The notes under the pieces were generated by a model, which saw only the letters and a program-made list of their open reading frames with translations, had not been told where the DNA came from and ran no database searches. Shown here one piece after another: positions 32,511-47,043 of a DNA stretch of 64,000 nt. Position 1 is the first letter of the stretch, and each line of letters begins with the position of its first letter. Made by a program: the position numbers and the translations under genes. This DNA is from the human T2T-CHM13v2.0 reference genome, Homo sapiens: the NCBI RefSeq assembly GCF_009914755.1, contig NC_060932.1. One strand, written 5' to 3'.

Positions 32511-35500
32511 TTTTTATTGTGGTATATATACATAATATAAAATTTAATTTTATATTTTAATCATTTTAATCATTTTCAAGTATACAGTTCAGTGCTATTA
32601 AGTATATTCACACTATTGTGCAAATATCACCACCATCCATTGCCAGAACTTTTCCATCACCCCAAACTGAAACTGTACGCATGAAACCATAACTCCCCAT
32701 TGCCTCCAGCCCCTGGTGTGTTGTTTCTATTTTTATTTGCCTGAAGATACTTTCTAATTTTCCTTGTGATTTCTTCCTTGGGCCATTGATTATTTAACAG
32801 TATGTTGTTTAATTTCTACATATTTGTGAATTTTCCAGTTTTTCTACTGCCATTGATTTCTAGTTTTATTCCATTGTGATTAGAAAAGATGCTTTGTATA
32901 ATTTCAGTCCTTTTAAATTTATTGAGACTTGTTTTGTGTCCTAACATATGGTCTGTTCTAGAGAATATCTCATGTGCATTTGAAAAGAATGTGTATTCTA
33001 CCGTTGTTGGGTGGAGTTCAATAGATGTATTTCAGTCTAATTGGGCATATATTGTTCAAATCTTCTATTTCCTTGTTCATCTTTTTTTTAGTGCTCTATC
33101 CATTACTGAAGGTCAGGTATTGAAGTCTCCAACTATTATTGTAGGAATGTCAACTTCTCCTTTACATTCTGTCAATGCTGCAGATATTTAGGAAGTCTGA
33201 TGCTTGAGGCATATACGTTGTAATTGTTAAATCTGTTTGATAAATTGACCCTTTATCATTACATAAGGTCCTTTTCTGTACCTTATAACAGTTTTATACT
33301 TAAAGTCTATAATATTTTGTATGATATTAGTTTGCCATCCCTACCCTCTTTTGGTTACTGTATGAATGAAATATCTTCTATTCTTTCACTTTCAATCTAT
33401 TCTTAGATATAAGATATGTGTCTTACAGACAGCATGTAATTGGGTGCTGGTTTCTAAATCCATTCTACTAATCTGTGTCTTTTGATTGGGAGAGTTTAAT
33501 CTATTTATATTCAAAATAATTACCGATAAGGAAGGACTTACTATTATCATTTTGTTGTTTTCTGTATGTCTTTTAGCTATAGCGTCCATTATTTCCTCTA
33601 TTACTGCCCTCCTTAGTATTTAGTTGATTTTTTGTGGTGACATGTTTTGATCACCTTCTCGTTTCCTTTTGTGTATAGTCTATAGATTTTCTTTTTTTGG
33701 TTACCATAGGGATTACATATAACATCCTAAAGTTATAACAAAACTTTAATTTCAATCACACACAAAAACTACTCTTTTACAACTGTACTCATTCACTTTT
33801 TATTATGGATGTCACAAATTATATCTTCATATAGCATATACCCACTAACATACATTCATGTTATTTTTATGGATCTACCTTTTAAATCCTGCAGAAAAAT
33901 AAAAGCTGGAGTTACCAAACAAATTATAATTTTTTTATATTTATTCATGTATTTACCTTTACCAGAAAACTTTATGCTTTCATCTGGCATCAAGTTACCA
34001 TCTTGCATCCTTTCACCTCAATTTGAAGGACTCCCTTAAAATTTCTTGTAGGACATATCTAGTTGCAAGGAACTTCTTCAGCTTTTGTTTACCTAGTAGT
34101 GTCTTAATTTCTCCCACATTTTGAAAGGACAGTGTTGCCAGATATGGAATTCTTAGTTGACAGTTTTTTCCCCCTTTCAGTTCTTTAAATATATCATCCC
34201 ACTGCCATCTGTCTGCAAGGTTTCAGCTAAGAAAAGTGTTAATTATCTTATTGAGTATAATGTGTCTTGCTATGGGTTTAAGTTTATCATAGTTGGAGTT
34301 CATTCAGCTGTTTGTATTTGTATACACGTATCTTTCCTGAAATTCAGGAAGTTTTTGGCCATTATTTCCTCAAGTAATCCCTCTATTCCTTTCTCTCTCT
34401 TTCATTTTTTTTTTTACTGGAACTTCCATAATATGTATGTTAGTTTGCTTGATGATGTCTCATAAGTCCCTCAGGCTCTATTTACTTTTTTTCTTCTTTT
34501 TTTTTTTCCTCAGACTTGACAATTTCAAATGACCTGAATTCAAGTTTGCTGATTTATTCTACCTGTTTTGAGTCTGCTGTTGAACCCTCTGGTGAATTTT
34601 TCAATTCATTTATTATATTTTTTAGCTCCAGGATTTCTCTTTTTAAAAATTTTATTTCTTTCTTGATATTCTAATTTTGTTGATACATTGTTTTCCTGAG
34701 TTTTTCTTTTTAGTTCTTTGTCCATGTTCTCTTTTAGCTCTTTGAGCATATATAAGATAGTTATTTTAAAGTCTTGTTTAGTAAGTCTGATGCCTGTGTT
34801 TCTTCGGGGTTGGTTTCTGGAGATTTATTTTGTGCCATTGAATTGGCCATGTTTGTCCATGTCTTTGTATGCCTTCTGATTTTGTTGAAAATTGGGCATT
34901 TGAACAAATAGCCACCCCTCTATCTTTGCAAACTGGCTCTATGGAGGGGAAGACCTTCATTAATCAGCTCAAACTGAAGACTTAAAGTCTTCTCAGGACT
35001 TTTCTGGGCATGCCTCTACCTTGGGCCTATGAGTGTGCTTTATTCTGATTCCCCCATATACATGGCTGCTTTTAAAAATCTTAATTTCCCTAGGAGTTTC
35101 ACCCCTTTTCTTTCTCATGACCTTAGCTGTTCTATTGTATTTCTCAATCAGTAATCTCTGGCCTCAGGTATCTGTGGGTGTGTAGTCCCCTTGCGATTTT
35201 CTTGAGTTATAACAATAGCCTCCAATGGCTTTCTCTAGCCTGAAATTCAAGCTGTGCCACTTTTGGAAGTCTGAGTGCTGAGTTAGGTGACACAGAGACC
35301 ATTATCTGAAGATGTCCCCAGACAAGGTAGAATGTTACAAATTTGGTCTGATTCACACTCCTGGTTTGTAGAAAGGAGCTGGGGACTGGAGCACTGCTTT
35401 CCCCAGACTGTATTGCACCACATCAAGGAGGGGATGGGGCAAAGGTGAGTAAAAATGTCATGAAATGTTGTAGCATTTTAAATTTAGTTTTCTCTTAATG

Positions 35501-35640
35501 AGGAGATTGGTTGCTGTATATCTTTGACTGATTTACAGTGCTCCTATAAAATTATTTTAGCCACTCTAGTTGTTTACTTAATGTTCACCTGAGAGAACAA
35601 GGATCTGGAGTTTCCTAGTGTACCATGTTTCTGACATCAC
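32511..35640 (-). mobile_element. L1MB/L1M4-like element: 3' end joined to 5' UTR-ORF1-endonuclease region
   Basis: L1MB 3' end at 32511-32716; antisense EN motifs tgaagtctccaactattattgtag; ORF 33392-33589 SLSVIILNINRLNSP resembles the ORF2 N-terminus. Confidence 0.75.
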
Positions 35641-35984
35641 TATACAATTTTAATAGAGAAAAATGAAAGAAGGAAATGAAAGACCTACTAATTAAACAAA
35701 CCTAAGTTATAAACATAGAGGACATTACCTCATAGATGTCAGAGAGGACTGAATAACCTAGAATGGTGAAGCTCAAGTGTTTGGTAATCACTATGAAGTG
35801 ATTACATAGAAGAACAGAAGTGTCTGCTGCTACATATGGGGTAAATGACTTCACAAATACATTTATGGAAGTCCTTAGCATGTCTGGAGGATATAAATTA
35901 AATCAGGAGAACTGGCATAAGTGCACATATTAATAAGACATAATTGGAGCTTAGGGCTGGGTCATGATAACATCTCCATCTATA

Positions 35985-36140
35985 ACAGTTTCTCAATCTG
36001 TGGCCCTCAGAGCAGCAGGATCACCAAATTCTTGATTTTTATCCCTGGTCTACTGTTTCATAAATTCTGGGAGAAGGCTCAGCACTTAGTGTTTTAACCA
36101 GCCCTCCAGGTGCCTCTGATGTATACTCAAGGTTGATCTG
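35985..36140. mobile_element. MER5A hAT-Charlie DNA transposon
   Basis: tgttttaaccagccctccaggtgcctctgatgtatactcaag. Confidence 0.75.
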
Positions 36141-37124
36141 AACAAACTTGCGGCAATATTCCTGGACCCCTCTCTTCACTCCCAACTTCATGCCGTCATA
36201 AAGACCAACCTCATATACCTGTGCATTTCAGAATTTTAAAGTAATTTTAATAAAGCAACTGATGACCTGATGGCCTGAGATGTGTATGGGTGCAGGTGTA
36301 CACATACAGATAATGTGTGGGCCATTGCTAGAATTACTGTCTTCCACAGGAGGAAGTCACACTAAAAAACAAAATTTCCCTCAGACACATGTCTGAAGGA
36401 CTGGGGTTATGTGACCTCTAGTCCTGTGTGAAAATCAAGCACTTGGAGCTAATTTTCCTGGGTCCTTTGCTAATGTAGATACTGTTCCTGGATGACTTCA
36501 TACTGTTTCTGGGTCCTTCATCCATAGGCTTTGGATCAGCTCTTTAGAGATGGATAGCAGTGTACAAGAAAAGCCTCAGCCTATGAAACTGCTCCATGTA
36601 TGGCAGGGTCAGTTCTACTGCTATTAACTCTGGAAAAATTTTAGACAACATAGGGCCTGGATTGTAGACATGACCTGGGTCTAAACTCAGATGGCTGCTG
36701 TCAGTACCTGATAATGTTTTCATCTATGAATAAAACCATGAAGCAAGCCCAGAGGCAATAAAGTTAACAACTATATTAAGGAAACCCAAGAAGCAGAAAT
36801 CTAAATTCACTAAACAAATTATTTGTGGGGTGCATATATTTCCAAAGAATCATTTACTTCACAAAATGACTTATTATAGAATTATTTGAAGTAGAGAGCT
36901 TCTTTGAAGTACTATGCAGCAGTTTAAAAAAAAATCTTTATGTGAATTAGACATACACATGGCAATATCTATAGATCTTAAAAACATGACACTGCGAGAA
37001 AAAAATAAAGGAAAATATTTTTAACAAAATATCATTTAATAAAAAATGCATGCCAATAGAACAAATGCAAAAACAAATGCCAATAATGTCAATGTCTTAG
37101 AGTGTGATGCATGCAATTATCATG

Positions 37125-38212
37125 TAAAGCAGCAATCCCACTTATAGTTATTTATTCCAGTGAAAGGAAACCTATGTTCACACAAAATCCTGTATTTGAA
37201 TATTTGTAGCAGTATATTCATAATTGCAAAAGCCTGGAGACAATCCAAATGTCCTACAAAGGGTGAGTGGATAAACAAACTTGTACATTTATGCAAGAAA
37301 ACTACTTGGCAATAAAAAGAAATGAATGATTGATACATGCAACAGCTTGGGTAGATCTCAAAGACATTATGCCGAATGAAAAAAATCTAATCTCAAAATG
37401 TTATACACCATATAATTCCATTTATATAACATTCTTGAACTGTCAAAGTGTAGTGATGGAAAACAGATCTGTGGTTGTCAGGGTTAGTGTTGGTGGCGGT
37501 TAGAACCATAAATGGGTAGCATAATTGAGTTAATTTTGGATTATCTGCATCCTAACTGCAGTGTTAGTTACATGAATCCACATATGTTATAAAAAATTTT
37601 ATGCAACTCTATACCAAAAAAAAAAAAAAAAAAGAAAAGAAAAACAGAGTACTTATAAAAGTGGGTGATATGGTTTGGCTGTGTCTCCACCCAAATCTCA
37701 TCTTAAATTGTAACTCCCACAATTCCCATGTGTCGTGGGAGGAACCTGGTGAGAGGTGATTGAATTATGGGGGCGGGTCTTTTCTGGGCTATTCTTGTGA
37801 TAGTTAATGGGTCTCACAAGATCTGATGGGTTTATCACGGGTTTCCACTTTTGCTTCTTCCTCATTTTGTCTTGCCGTCACCATGTAAGAAGTGCCTTTT
37901 GCCTCCCGCCACAATTCTGAGGCCTCCCCAGCCATGTGGAACTTTAAGTCCAATTAAACCTCTTTTTCTTCCCAGTTTTGGATATGTCTTTATCAGCAAC
38001 ATGAAAACAGACTAATACACTGGGCAAAAGTCAAAATAAGGTCTGTAACTTAGTTAATAGCATTGTTCCAATGTCAATGTCAATACCTTGGTTTTGATCA
38101 TTGTGCTATGGTTATGTAGGATGTTATCACTGGGAAAAGCTGAGTCACATGAGAACTCTATATACTATTTTTTTCAATTTCTATGTAAGCCTAAAACTAC
38201 TTCTAAATGAAA
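37125..38212 (+). mobile_element. L1MC/L1MD 3' fragment interrupted by THE1B
   Basis: cagcaatcccacttatagttatttattccag...caatccaaatgtcc...ttccatttatataacattctt. Confidence 0.75.
37666..38019 (+). mobile_element. THE1B-like solo LTR, sense to XKR4
   Basis: tgatatggtttggctgtgtc...gactaataca; near-TSD gtggg/ctggg; ATTAAA at 37953-37958. Confidence 0.92.
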
Positions 38213-39959
38213 CGATTTTTTAAAGAACAAATGACAACTAAAATAATGCATATTAAACACATTTTAATGGTTGCCTGGGGGAGAAAGGGAAGGCAGATTA
38301 GAGGGGGAGGGAGAAAGATATTCCAGAGTATATTTAAATATTTGATTTACAATTTTGGGGGGTACACTACAATTCTCTATTATTAAACCATCAGCACCAT
38401 GAGGTCAAGAACTGGTTTCTCCCAGTGACTAGCCTAGTGGTGTGCATGCATCAGGCGCACACGAACCTTTATTCTATTATTAAACAAATGAGCTCCTGAA
38501 CATGTATTTATTTCATAGCTGAACTCCATAAAGCAAATAATCCTAAACTTGCAAGGGTTTTTTTGGTGGAAATCTTGACATTTTAGGAATACTTACTTTA
38601 AATATTACGCTTTATATTTGGGTCTGAAACATTTCTGTGTGCCGCAGTTACATCCTGGCCAGCCTTTACCCAACAGTGGATGTGACTGCCATCTATATAT
38701 TCAGAAATTCAGTGGGAAACAGCAGATGGGGAGCCAATTTGGTCTCATCACTAAAAAGGGCCCTAGTGTCTCCTACTACCAAAATTTGCCTTTTATCAGA
38801 AAAGAAATTATAGTCCCTAGAAATATCAACATGGGGGTTTCTGGAACCCAAGCTGGACCCTTGAAGAGAGTGCCCCATTAATCAAGTCATGGGGTTTTGT
38901 TTGTTTGTTTTGCTCACCAGTTTTTATATTTTCTTTATCCTCCTTTCCACCTTAAGAGGGTCTGCATGCAATTTAATATTTCTTTATGATATTTTATGAA
39001 TCAGGGCCATGTTTCTCAACTAGTAATTGCAGTCCTTTCATGTGTAATGAAGGCTGCTCAGAAATGCAGCAAGCTGTATTTTCTCTTCCTTGTTGCCAGT
39101 TTATGCCTGGGAAGGGTGAAAACATCTAGGAGGGTATATCATATTAACAACTGAGGTGGAGGAAAGACAGAGGCCAGTGAAAGAGAAAGAACGACAAAGG
39201 GAAACGATGAAAGAATTGTATGCAGTGGCAGGGGCAATGGTAAGATAAACAGCTATTTTAATAAATTAGTAAATATGAAGGGAGTGGCTGTGAAAAAATT
39301 ACATAATCTGAAAACATCACTGAAATACCTAGAATAAAGGCTTTTTAAAGGAATACCCTTTGCTAGCTTGTCTCAGCTCTGAATCCTGTGGTCCTTTTGA
39401 GAACAGGATAAGTAGTTTTCTTATTCTTGACAGGAAAGGCAGAATATTTTCCTCACTATGTTATGAGAAAGTCATAATATGTGACATTTGGTTACCTTGC
39501 TGCCATATTCAATATGAAGGGTCTTCCTTTTGCTATGAACAGCATGTCTCCCATATTGTCTCTTGCCTAAGCTGACTGGAATCAAAAACTGATTACAGAA
39601 ATAGGCCAATTTGGCCTGCCCTGTACGACAAAGCTAATTGAACAATAAGAAAAAAATGTAAAACTTTTGTCAGGCATTGTGAAAAGGGAAGGTCACATGG
39701 ATATTAGAGAAATCTTCTCTTTAAAAAAGGATCTGTTTTTTAAAATGCTAATTGCTTTCCCAAATTGTGTTTTAAAATTTGCATCTTTTATTTGGGCAAC
39801 TGTTGTTTTCCTAGATCCCCCTCCCACACAATCCTTGGTGAGAAAAATAAAGTTATTGATTCACTTATGGTAAACGTCTTACCCTGGGTCCCTCCAAAGC
39901 CCAGCCTGTGACAAGAGCTAGTGTGCATGTGCTGTATTTTGGGTTGTGGTTCCAGGGCA

Positions 39960-40130
39960 CCAGAGTAGGAGCCAAGAAAGCGGCAATGGCTAGCCCAGGG
40001 TGCAATGGCAAGCTGGTCACCACTGTGGGGCATGGGAGCTGGACACATGGAGACAGGATAGAGGGGGGCATTTATCCAATAACTCCTCCCATCCTTCCTG
40101 GTCAAGGGGTGCCCCATCACATGTTGACAC
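39960..40130. mobile_element. LTR16-like fragment
   Basis: ggtcaccactgtggggca...ggcatttatccaataactcctcccatcc. Confidence 0.4.
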
Positions 40131-40744
40131 CCTCTTATTTACACATTGTTTCTGACAAGTCCTGGGACAAAAAGTGGGAGCAAACACTGCAACTCAACAA
40201 GATGTGGTCAGGTTATACCTGTGCAAAGCCAATGACATTGGCAGTGGCTGGAGTACAGCTGAACTGGGAGGCTGGCCGCAATACAGTAAAGAGAACCGAG
40301 AGGACACAATCATCAGCACTTGAAGCCTGAAGCTCCTCAACCAAATTAAGCTTTAGGGGTTGATTTTTGGATATTTTGGATTTACATAGACAATTTAAAA
40401 ATGCTCAAGAAAAATCATACTTGATTGTTTGGATTCCAGACAAAGCTAACATTTCTTAGGCCAGTAAGATTGCTCCAGATGAAGTTGAGCAATAAGTAAA
40501 TTGAACTGTTTAATGCAGCTGTTGACCAGTAGATAGTTTGGTGTTAGGACTCACAGCAGGATTCCTTCTAGAAACCAGAACTATAAAGGCTGTTCAGAAT
40601 GAAATAGTATATCAAGTTCAACTGCATATTGAGGGAACTAGATAGTTCTGACTCAAATAAAATTTTAATAGAAGAACAGAAGGCAATTTAGGCATGAGTA
40701 ACTGACAAATTTTCCTGGACTGGAAACGCGAGGCTGTTTGATAA

Positions 40745-40995
40745 CATAGGATGCTGTGGCCATGGGGCTGGCTGTGTCTGAAGGGCATGAACTTTGGAGG
40801 CCAACACAAATGGCATCTATGCTCAGCTCCACTTCTCATTAGCTGTGGAAACTTTACACGTGATCTAACCCCCCTACAGTGAAGACTCCTCATGGGTCAA
40901 AAAGAGTAAGTAGCACCACTTTCATAAGGCTTCCGAGAAGGCTAAGAAAACATATATAAAGCATTTTACCAATTAAGCACATATTTTAGGCAGAA
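40745..40995 (+). mobile_element. MIR SINE
   Basis: gggcatgaactttggagg...ctcagctccacttctcattagctgtg. Confidence 0.6.
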
Positions 40996-42664
40996 ACACT
41001 GTTAATTTCCTTTGCCTGATCATGCGTGTTCATTCCGGAAAGCTGACTGGCAGAAGCAAACCTTACAGCTGCCCACATACACAGTCATGCCTCACTTTGA
41101 TGCATTCCTTCGACTGCCCCTCAGTCACCATTCATAGCCAAGTGGGAAGTTTGAATCTGGGTGACATGGCACCTTCTTTTTCTTTAATGTTAGCAAGTTT
41201 AAATTTAATACTAGGCTTTCATAAAACAGGAGGACGTAGGCAGTCCTTCGTTATCTGTGCAGCATGCTAAAAATTGTGTGCTAGACAGTAAATTAGAAAA
41301 AACTGCCCTATAAATTTCAATTAATCTTACTTTAGTTTTAATATTTAATATGTCATCATGAATCACATTTCCACAAACCACACTGGAAGTTCAGAAAAAG
41401 AATATAGGAATGTGTTAGATTTTTACTATTATGTTTTTTCCAAAAAAAACAACAACAAAAATGCTATTCCCTAAATAAAGCATGAAATCGGTTGGATTTT
41501 CCTCTATGACCTGAAAAAGAAAATCAAGTCTTATTGTCCACTGGTGTTGCTAAATTGAATCCAAAGCATGACATATAACTTCAGTTCATAAATGAACAGA
41601 ATGGTTCAAATTATATCCTAAAAGAATACGTGTACATGCCCATTCTGTATTGATTTATTTTGTGATTAAAAACAATTGGCTAGGAGGCACTGGTTGATAG
41701 TAAAATATGATATGGCACAAAAGGAAGGTCTGTATAGCACAATGCTCAAAGACAAGAACAAAAGAAATGGTTTAAAGTCCTTTATATTTGAATGCATACA
41801 TAGTTAACTGTAAGCTCACAGCCAACAGAGATGCATTTTTAGCTGAGGTTGTGTGGTGTTTGGTGGTGGCATTGGTTCTTGACACATTGTGCATATGTGC
41901 ATGTGTGTGTATGTTAGAACCTCATAATTCAACTTTAAGTTTCAATTAATGAATTTACATTTAGAATGATGAGTTGGATAGGCACAAAGGAGAGATAAAC
42001 TATGTACAACAGAATCACCAGCCTAAGGAGCTTGTAATCAAGTGAGACAGTTAAGACTAAATAGCATATGAAGTAATTTGAGCAAATACCTGTTGCACTG
42101 GCTTCTGCTCACCAAAGAGCAGATGTCACTAACTGACACCAGTGATCCCAAAGGCCAGCTCAGGATCCTTCCCAGCGCAGTCACCTCCAGTGGGTCACAG
42201 TTAGGATGCACAACAAAATCTATTTCTCATTCATGAATTAGGGATCACTCCTCGGCATCAAGACTTTTCATTCCGAGTGAGTTCAGTAGAATCTCAGGGG
42301 ACAAGAGTCACTGTGGTAGGAAGAGCAGTTAGGGAAAGCTTGAGCTAAACCTGAAGGAATGGTTCTTGGATTTGGTCATGCCTTTTGTATAAGGGGTAGT
42401 CTCTACCAAGGGAGGAAGCAGTAGGGACATGAAGGACCAGGGAGAGCAGCCTGCATGGGTCACACATGTGTCACCGCGCAGAGATAACCTGTGAAGCTGG
42501 ACCTGATAATCGACAACCTGAAGAACTCAAAAGAAGAATCAAGACACAGTGGGAAAATTAGGAACCATTCTGGGGTGTTTGAGCATGGAACTCACGTAAT
42601 ACCAATGGTACTTTTGGAGGATTTATGTCTAGAGAAAGAAGCACATCATTGGGGGTGCTGCGGG

Positions 42665-43000
42665 GAACCTGTGATACAACTGAGATCAGGATTTGAGTGC
42701 AAGAGGTTTATTTAAAGGTGGTCCCAGGAAGTACTAGTCAGAGAATAGGGAAGGGGAACACACAGAGAAACTAGTGTGTTCATAAGCAGGTCACCTTTGT
42801 GGGCAGCTGGGACCCAAGCCCACTGGGACTCCTCTGTGAGGCAGTGGTCAGAACCCTTCAGAATTACATTACCTGGCAGGTGGGCAGCAGGGGTATTGAT
42901 GCTCCCATTCCCACTTTTCATTGGCAGAGGGCTGCTCCCAGGGCATTGGCTCTCCAGTCCTTTTAGGCTGCCCTGCATGAGGTCTACAACAAAACCCTCA
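42665..43000. mobile_element. LTR16C-like ERVL LTR
   Basis: ctgagatcaggatttgagtgcaagaggtttattt...cattggcagagggctgctcc. Confidence 0.7.
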
Positions 43001-43499
43001 GGATGTACCAGAGTGTGAGTGCTACAGGACCACAGGCAGAGACATGTCTCAGGGTACCTGTGCCAGGAAGGCGCCCTGGATTCTCTGTGTTTCCTTCTGT
43101 CCCTTTCCAGTAAGGATATTTCTGACTACTCTGCAATGAAGAACTTTCTGAAGACATCTGTGTCATTTCCACCAGCACACCCACCAAAAAAAGATGACCA
43201 AAGAGCATGTAGGTTTAGACATCATGGAAACCTTATCTTCAAGTTAATTTCAAACCGATGCCATTTAATTTCCTCCTAACCCCATAGGTGGACAACAGGC
43301 CGGCTTTCAAACTCTTGGCCTTGGGAAGGAAGAGACCTCCTGAACATTCACACCTCCCTGAGAGAAGCTGGATCCTTGGCCCCTGGGGCCGCCTGATGTA
43401 TTTAAGCATGGTGCCTTTTGAAGTAAAACCCTCTCGGTGGGCACTGAACCCACTCATAGTAAGGATGCACAGGAAGACATTAAGGCTGGCACTGTAAGT

Positions 43500-44555
43500 G
43501 AGGGCAGTCTCATCTTGTCTTATGGCTTTAAATACCCTAACATCTCCCAAATAATCCCTTAGACTGGACCTGAATTCCAATGCATGCATCCAACTGTCTA
43601 CTCAAGATCTCTGCTTGAATATTTAAAAAGCATGTCAAACTTAAACTGTCCAAAGCTCATCATGATCTGTGGATCTCGCATCTAAGTTGCCCCATCTCTG
43701 TAAATGGCAACTCTATCTTTCCAGGAGCTCAGGGCAAACATCTTGGAGTCAGCATTGCCTCCTCTTTCTCTCACACCCCATGTCTTCCATGAGTATTACA
43801 AATAACGTGTAACATGGTCACAAATCCCACTGGCTTTAACTTCAAAATAAATACCCAGAATCTACCCAGTTCCTCACTGCTATTGTGCAGGTCCTAACAA
43901 CCATCATCACTTGCCAGGTTATTGCAACAGCCTGCCTCTGACTCTACACTCGCTCCCCTTCATGCCATTCTCAGCACAGCTGCTGGAAGTCCTCATGAGA
44001 TGTTGGCCTCACTGTGCTCCTCCCCTTTTTAAGCCCTCTAATTGCTTCCCATCTCACTCGCACAGTCCACACAGTGCCCACCATGCCCTATGTGATCAGA
44101 CCGTCCCACTGCCTCTCTGCTCTGATCTCCCACTGCCCCCCACCGATCTGCTCCACCACTCATCTCCCTGATGCTCCTGGAATGGACCACACACACTGCC
44201 ACCTCAACGCCTCCTGTTCATTCTGCCTGGAATGTTCTTCCAGATTTTAAACGAAGAGGGCTTGCTTCCTCTTCCTCCTTTGGACTTTGACCCAGGTTTC
44301 ACCTCTCTAGTATATTTCCCTGCCACACATCTGAACTTGCAAGCCCCGTGAAACTCCTTACTTTCCTTCCTGTCTTACTTCATTATTGGCACTTAGCATA
44401 AACTTGTATATTTTATCTTGTACTTGTTTATTGCTTATCTTCCCCATCTAAAATGTAAGTCCCTATTTCATTTGCTGCTCTATTCCCTCGAGAGGAGTGT
44501 TGATCTCCAAGTAGGTGCTCAACAAATACTTGTTGAATGAAAGAGTAGAATGAAT
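43500..44555 (+). mobile_element. L2a LINE 3' portion
   Basis: gtaaatggcaactctatctttccagg...tcttggagtca and terminal taggtgctcaacaaatacttgttgaatgaa. Confidence 0.85.
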
Positions 44556-46541
44556 CAATTGTTTTAGTCAAAGGAGACTTTCCTTTTGGAAACACTGAAC
44601 TTTTGTCTGTAGGCACAATGCCTAGGTAAAATTCTTTATAGTACCTAGCTTGGAAAGTGATCTCAGAAACTTTTCTCGAGAAGGGCTCTGCATGCTGCTA
44701 GATGCTTTGTATGGAGGATCATCCAACTCCTGCCATGGTTAGCACATTGTTTTCAACAGCCCATTTACCAAATTCTTACACCCAGTTGTGGTATGATGAT
44801 TTTCCCTGGGGTGCTAAAAACAGTTGAGAGCAAATATTGCTGAACCAATAAGATAAGAAAAATTATGGTTCTTATGATGGTGAAAGCTTTTCGCCCTTTC
44901 CTGGACTCATCTTCATGAGCTGCTCTGTGCTATATTCCACGGAAGCCATTTCCAGAAACATTCCCACCACAGGCATGGGCAGGCTGTTGGCACAGGGAGC
45001 TCAGATGCTTTCCTCCTATTGAATTGGTCTCACAGCCTCTGAAATGTTGGCCCATGAAGCCTTTCGGCATTCCACTCTCAGAAATTAGCTGCCCACATGA
45101 AACAGTGATAAACTGTAGACCAAACCTGCCAATGTACGCTGGGAGCAGACAAACATTGTCTGCTCTCCTCCCAGAATCTTGCTGCAGAGGGCACAGTTAA
45201 TGGCCCCTGCAGACTGGGCTCATGCAGAGAAGGGGCATTGCTGCTTTCAAGAAAGTCCTCCTATTCACAACCACTAAAGTATTTCAGACTCAATCTAGCC
45301 AGACCTTGGGTTCTTTTATTCTCCATCTTTGCACAACACTGTATTTTATGTTTTCTAATTCTGACAAGATTCTGGAGAGACACAGCTTGAATTTCTTCTT
45401 CCCCTAGAATGGATGAATGAATGAATAAATAATACAATTATAATGAGACAATAATGTGCACAATAACACACTGCCTTAAAAAGAACACAAAATGATTGCA
45501 TTTGGACCTAAACCTCTGAAAGCGTTCAGATGAGATGGGGTGTGGCAGGTGAAGGTTGTGTGGCTGTAGATGCTGTAAGCATCGAAGCTCTTGGAAGTTG
45601 GCACTTTGCTGGTGAAATCAATCCCTGTGATGTGCACTGCTTCTGGACACTTCAGACAGGACCTCAGGGCCACCAGAAACACACAACACCCCAAGTTGTT
45701 ATACCCCCACTCTCTCTCTCCCCTCCATACTTGGCTGCCCAATGGATGTGACGGGTCAGGCACCCTAGGCCTATGGATTTTTCAGTTATCTTTTAAAACT
45801 ATAAACATCCATAAATCTGCTAAAGTGAAGCAGTAAAATGCTATAAGGTAGTGCTGTGACTTTAAAAAGAATGAACCACTGCACAAACACATGCACACAG
45901 ACACTCGGTGCTTTCCTTATTTATCATAAAATCACTTGAACAGGGCTTAGGACAAAGGTTCTGATTCTATCACGATCACTGCTTCCTGAGTTGTGAGAAC
46001 AAATATTCTGTTAACCCTGTCTGTTTTTTTTTTTTTTAATGTGGCTAATAATTTCTGCCAGTAGCCTCTTAATCATTTGAAGACTTGGATCACAGTCACC
46101 ATGTCAATATTATGTCAAATAGTAACCACTGCTCTATTTACTTCAAGCCACTCTTCTCCATTTGAATACACATTTTACTGTTAAAATATTTGCATGTAGG
46201 AGCTCTACAGAAGAATAATTTGGGGAGAAATGCTGCTTTTGTTAGGTACAGTTGCTATGAGGCGATGCGAGTGCATAGAGAACCTTCCTTCCAAGTTCAG
46301 CAACTTCCTCTCCTATTTCAGCCGGACTCACCAAGTTGCCCAAGAGGCCCTGGCCATAGTGCCTACTACAGGAGAAATTATTTAATAGAGAAAAAACTTC
46401 TATTACTTCCTCCTCTAGGTCTAAGGAAATGCCTGAAGAGTAACTACTCATGTAAAAAATATCTTCATGAGAGATATGTATAAAATTTAAGCAAAACATA
46501 TCCCATAGATAAATCTTGTTTTCACATAATAATAAAAAGGA

Positions 46542-47043
<502 letters not shown>

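Noticed and set aside
42090-42240. Possible MER102-like DNA transposon fragment
   Set aside because: Similarity too weak to support without a profile search.
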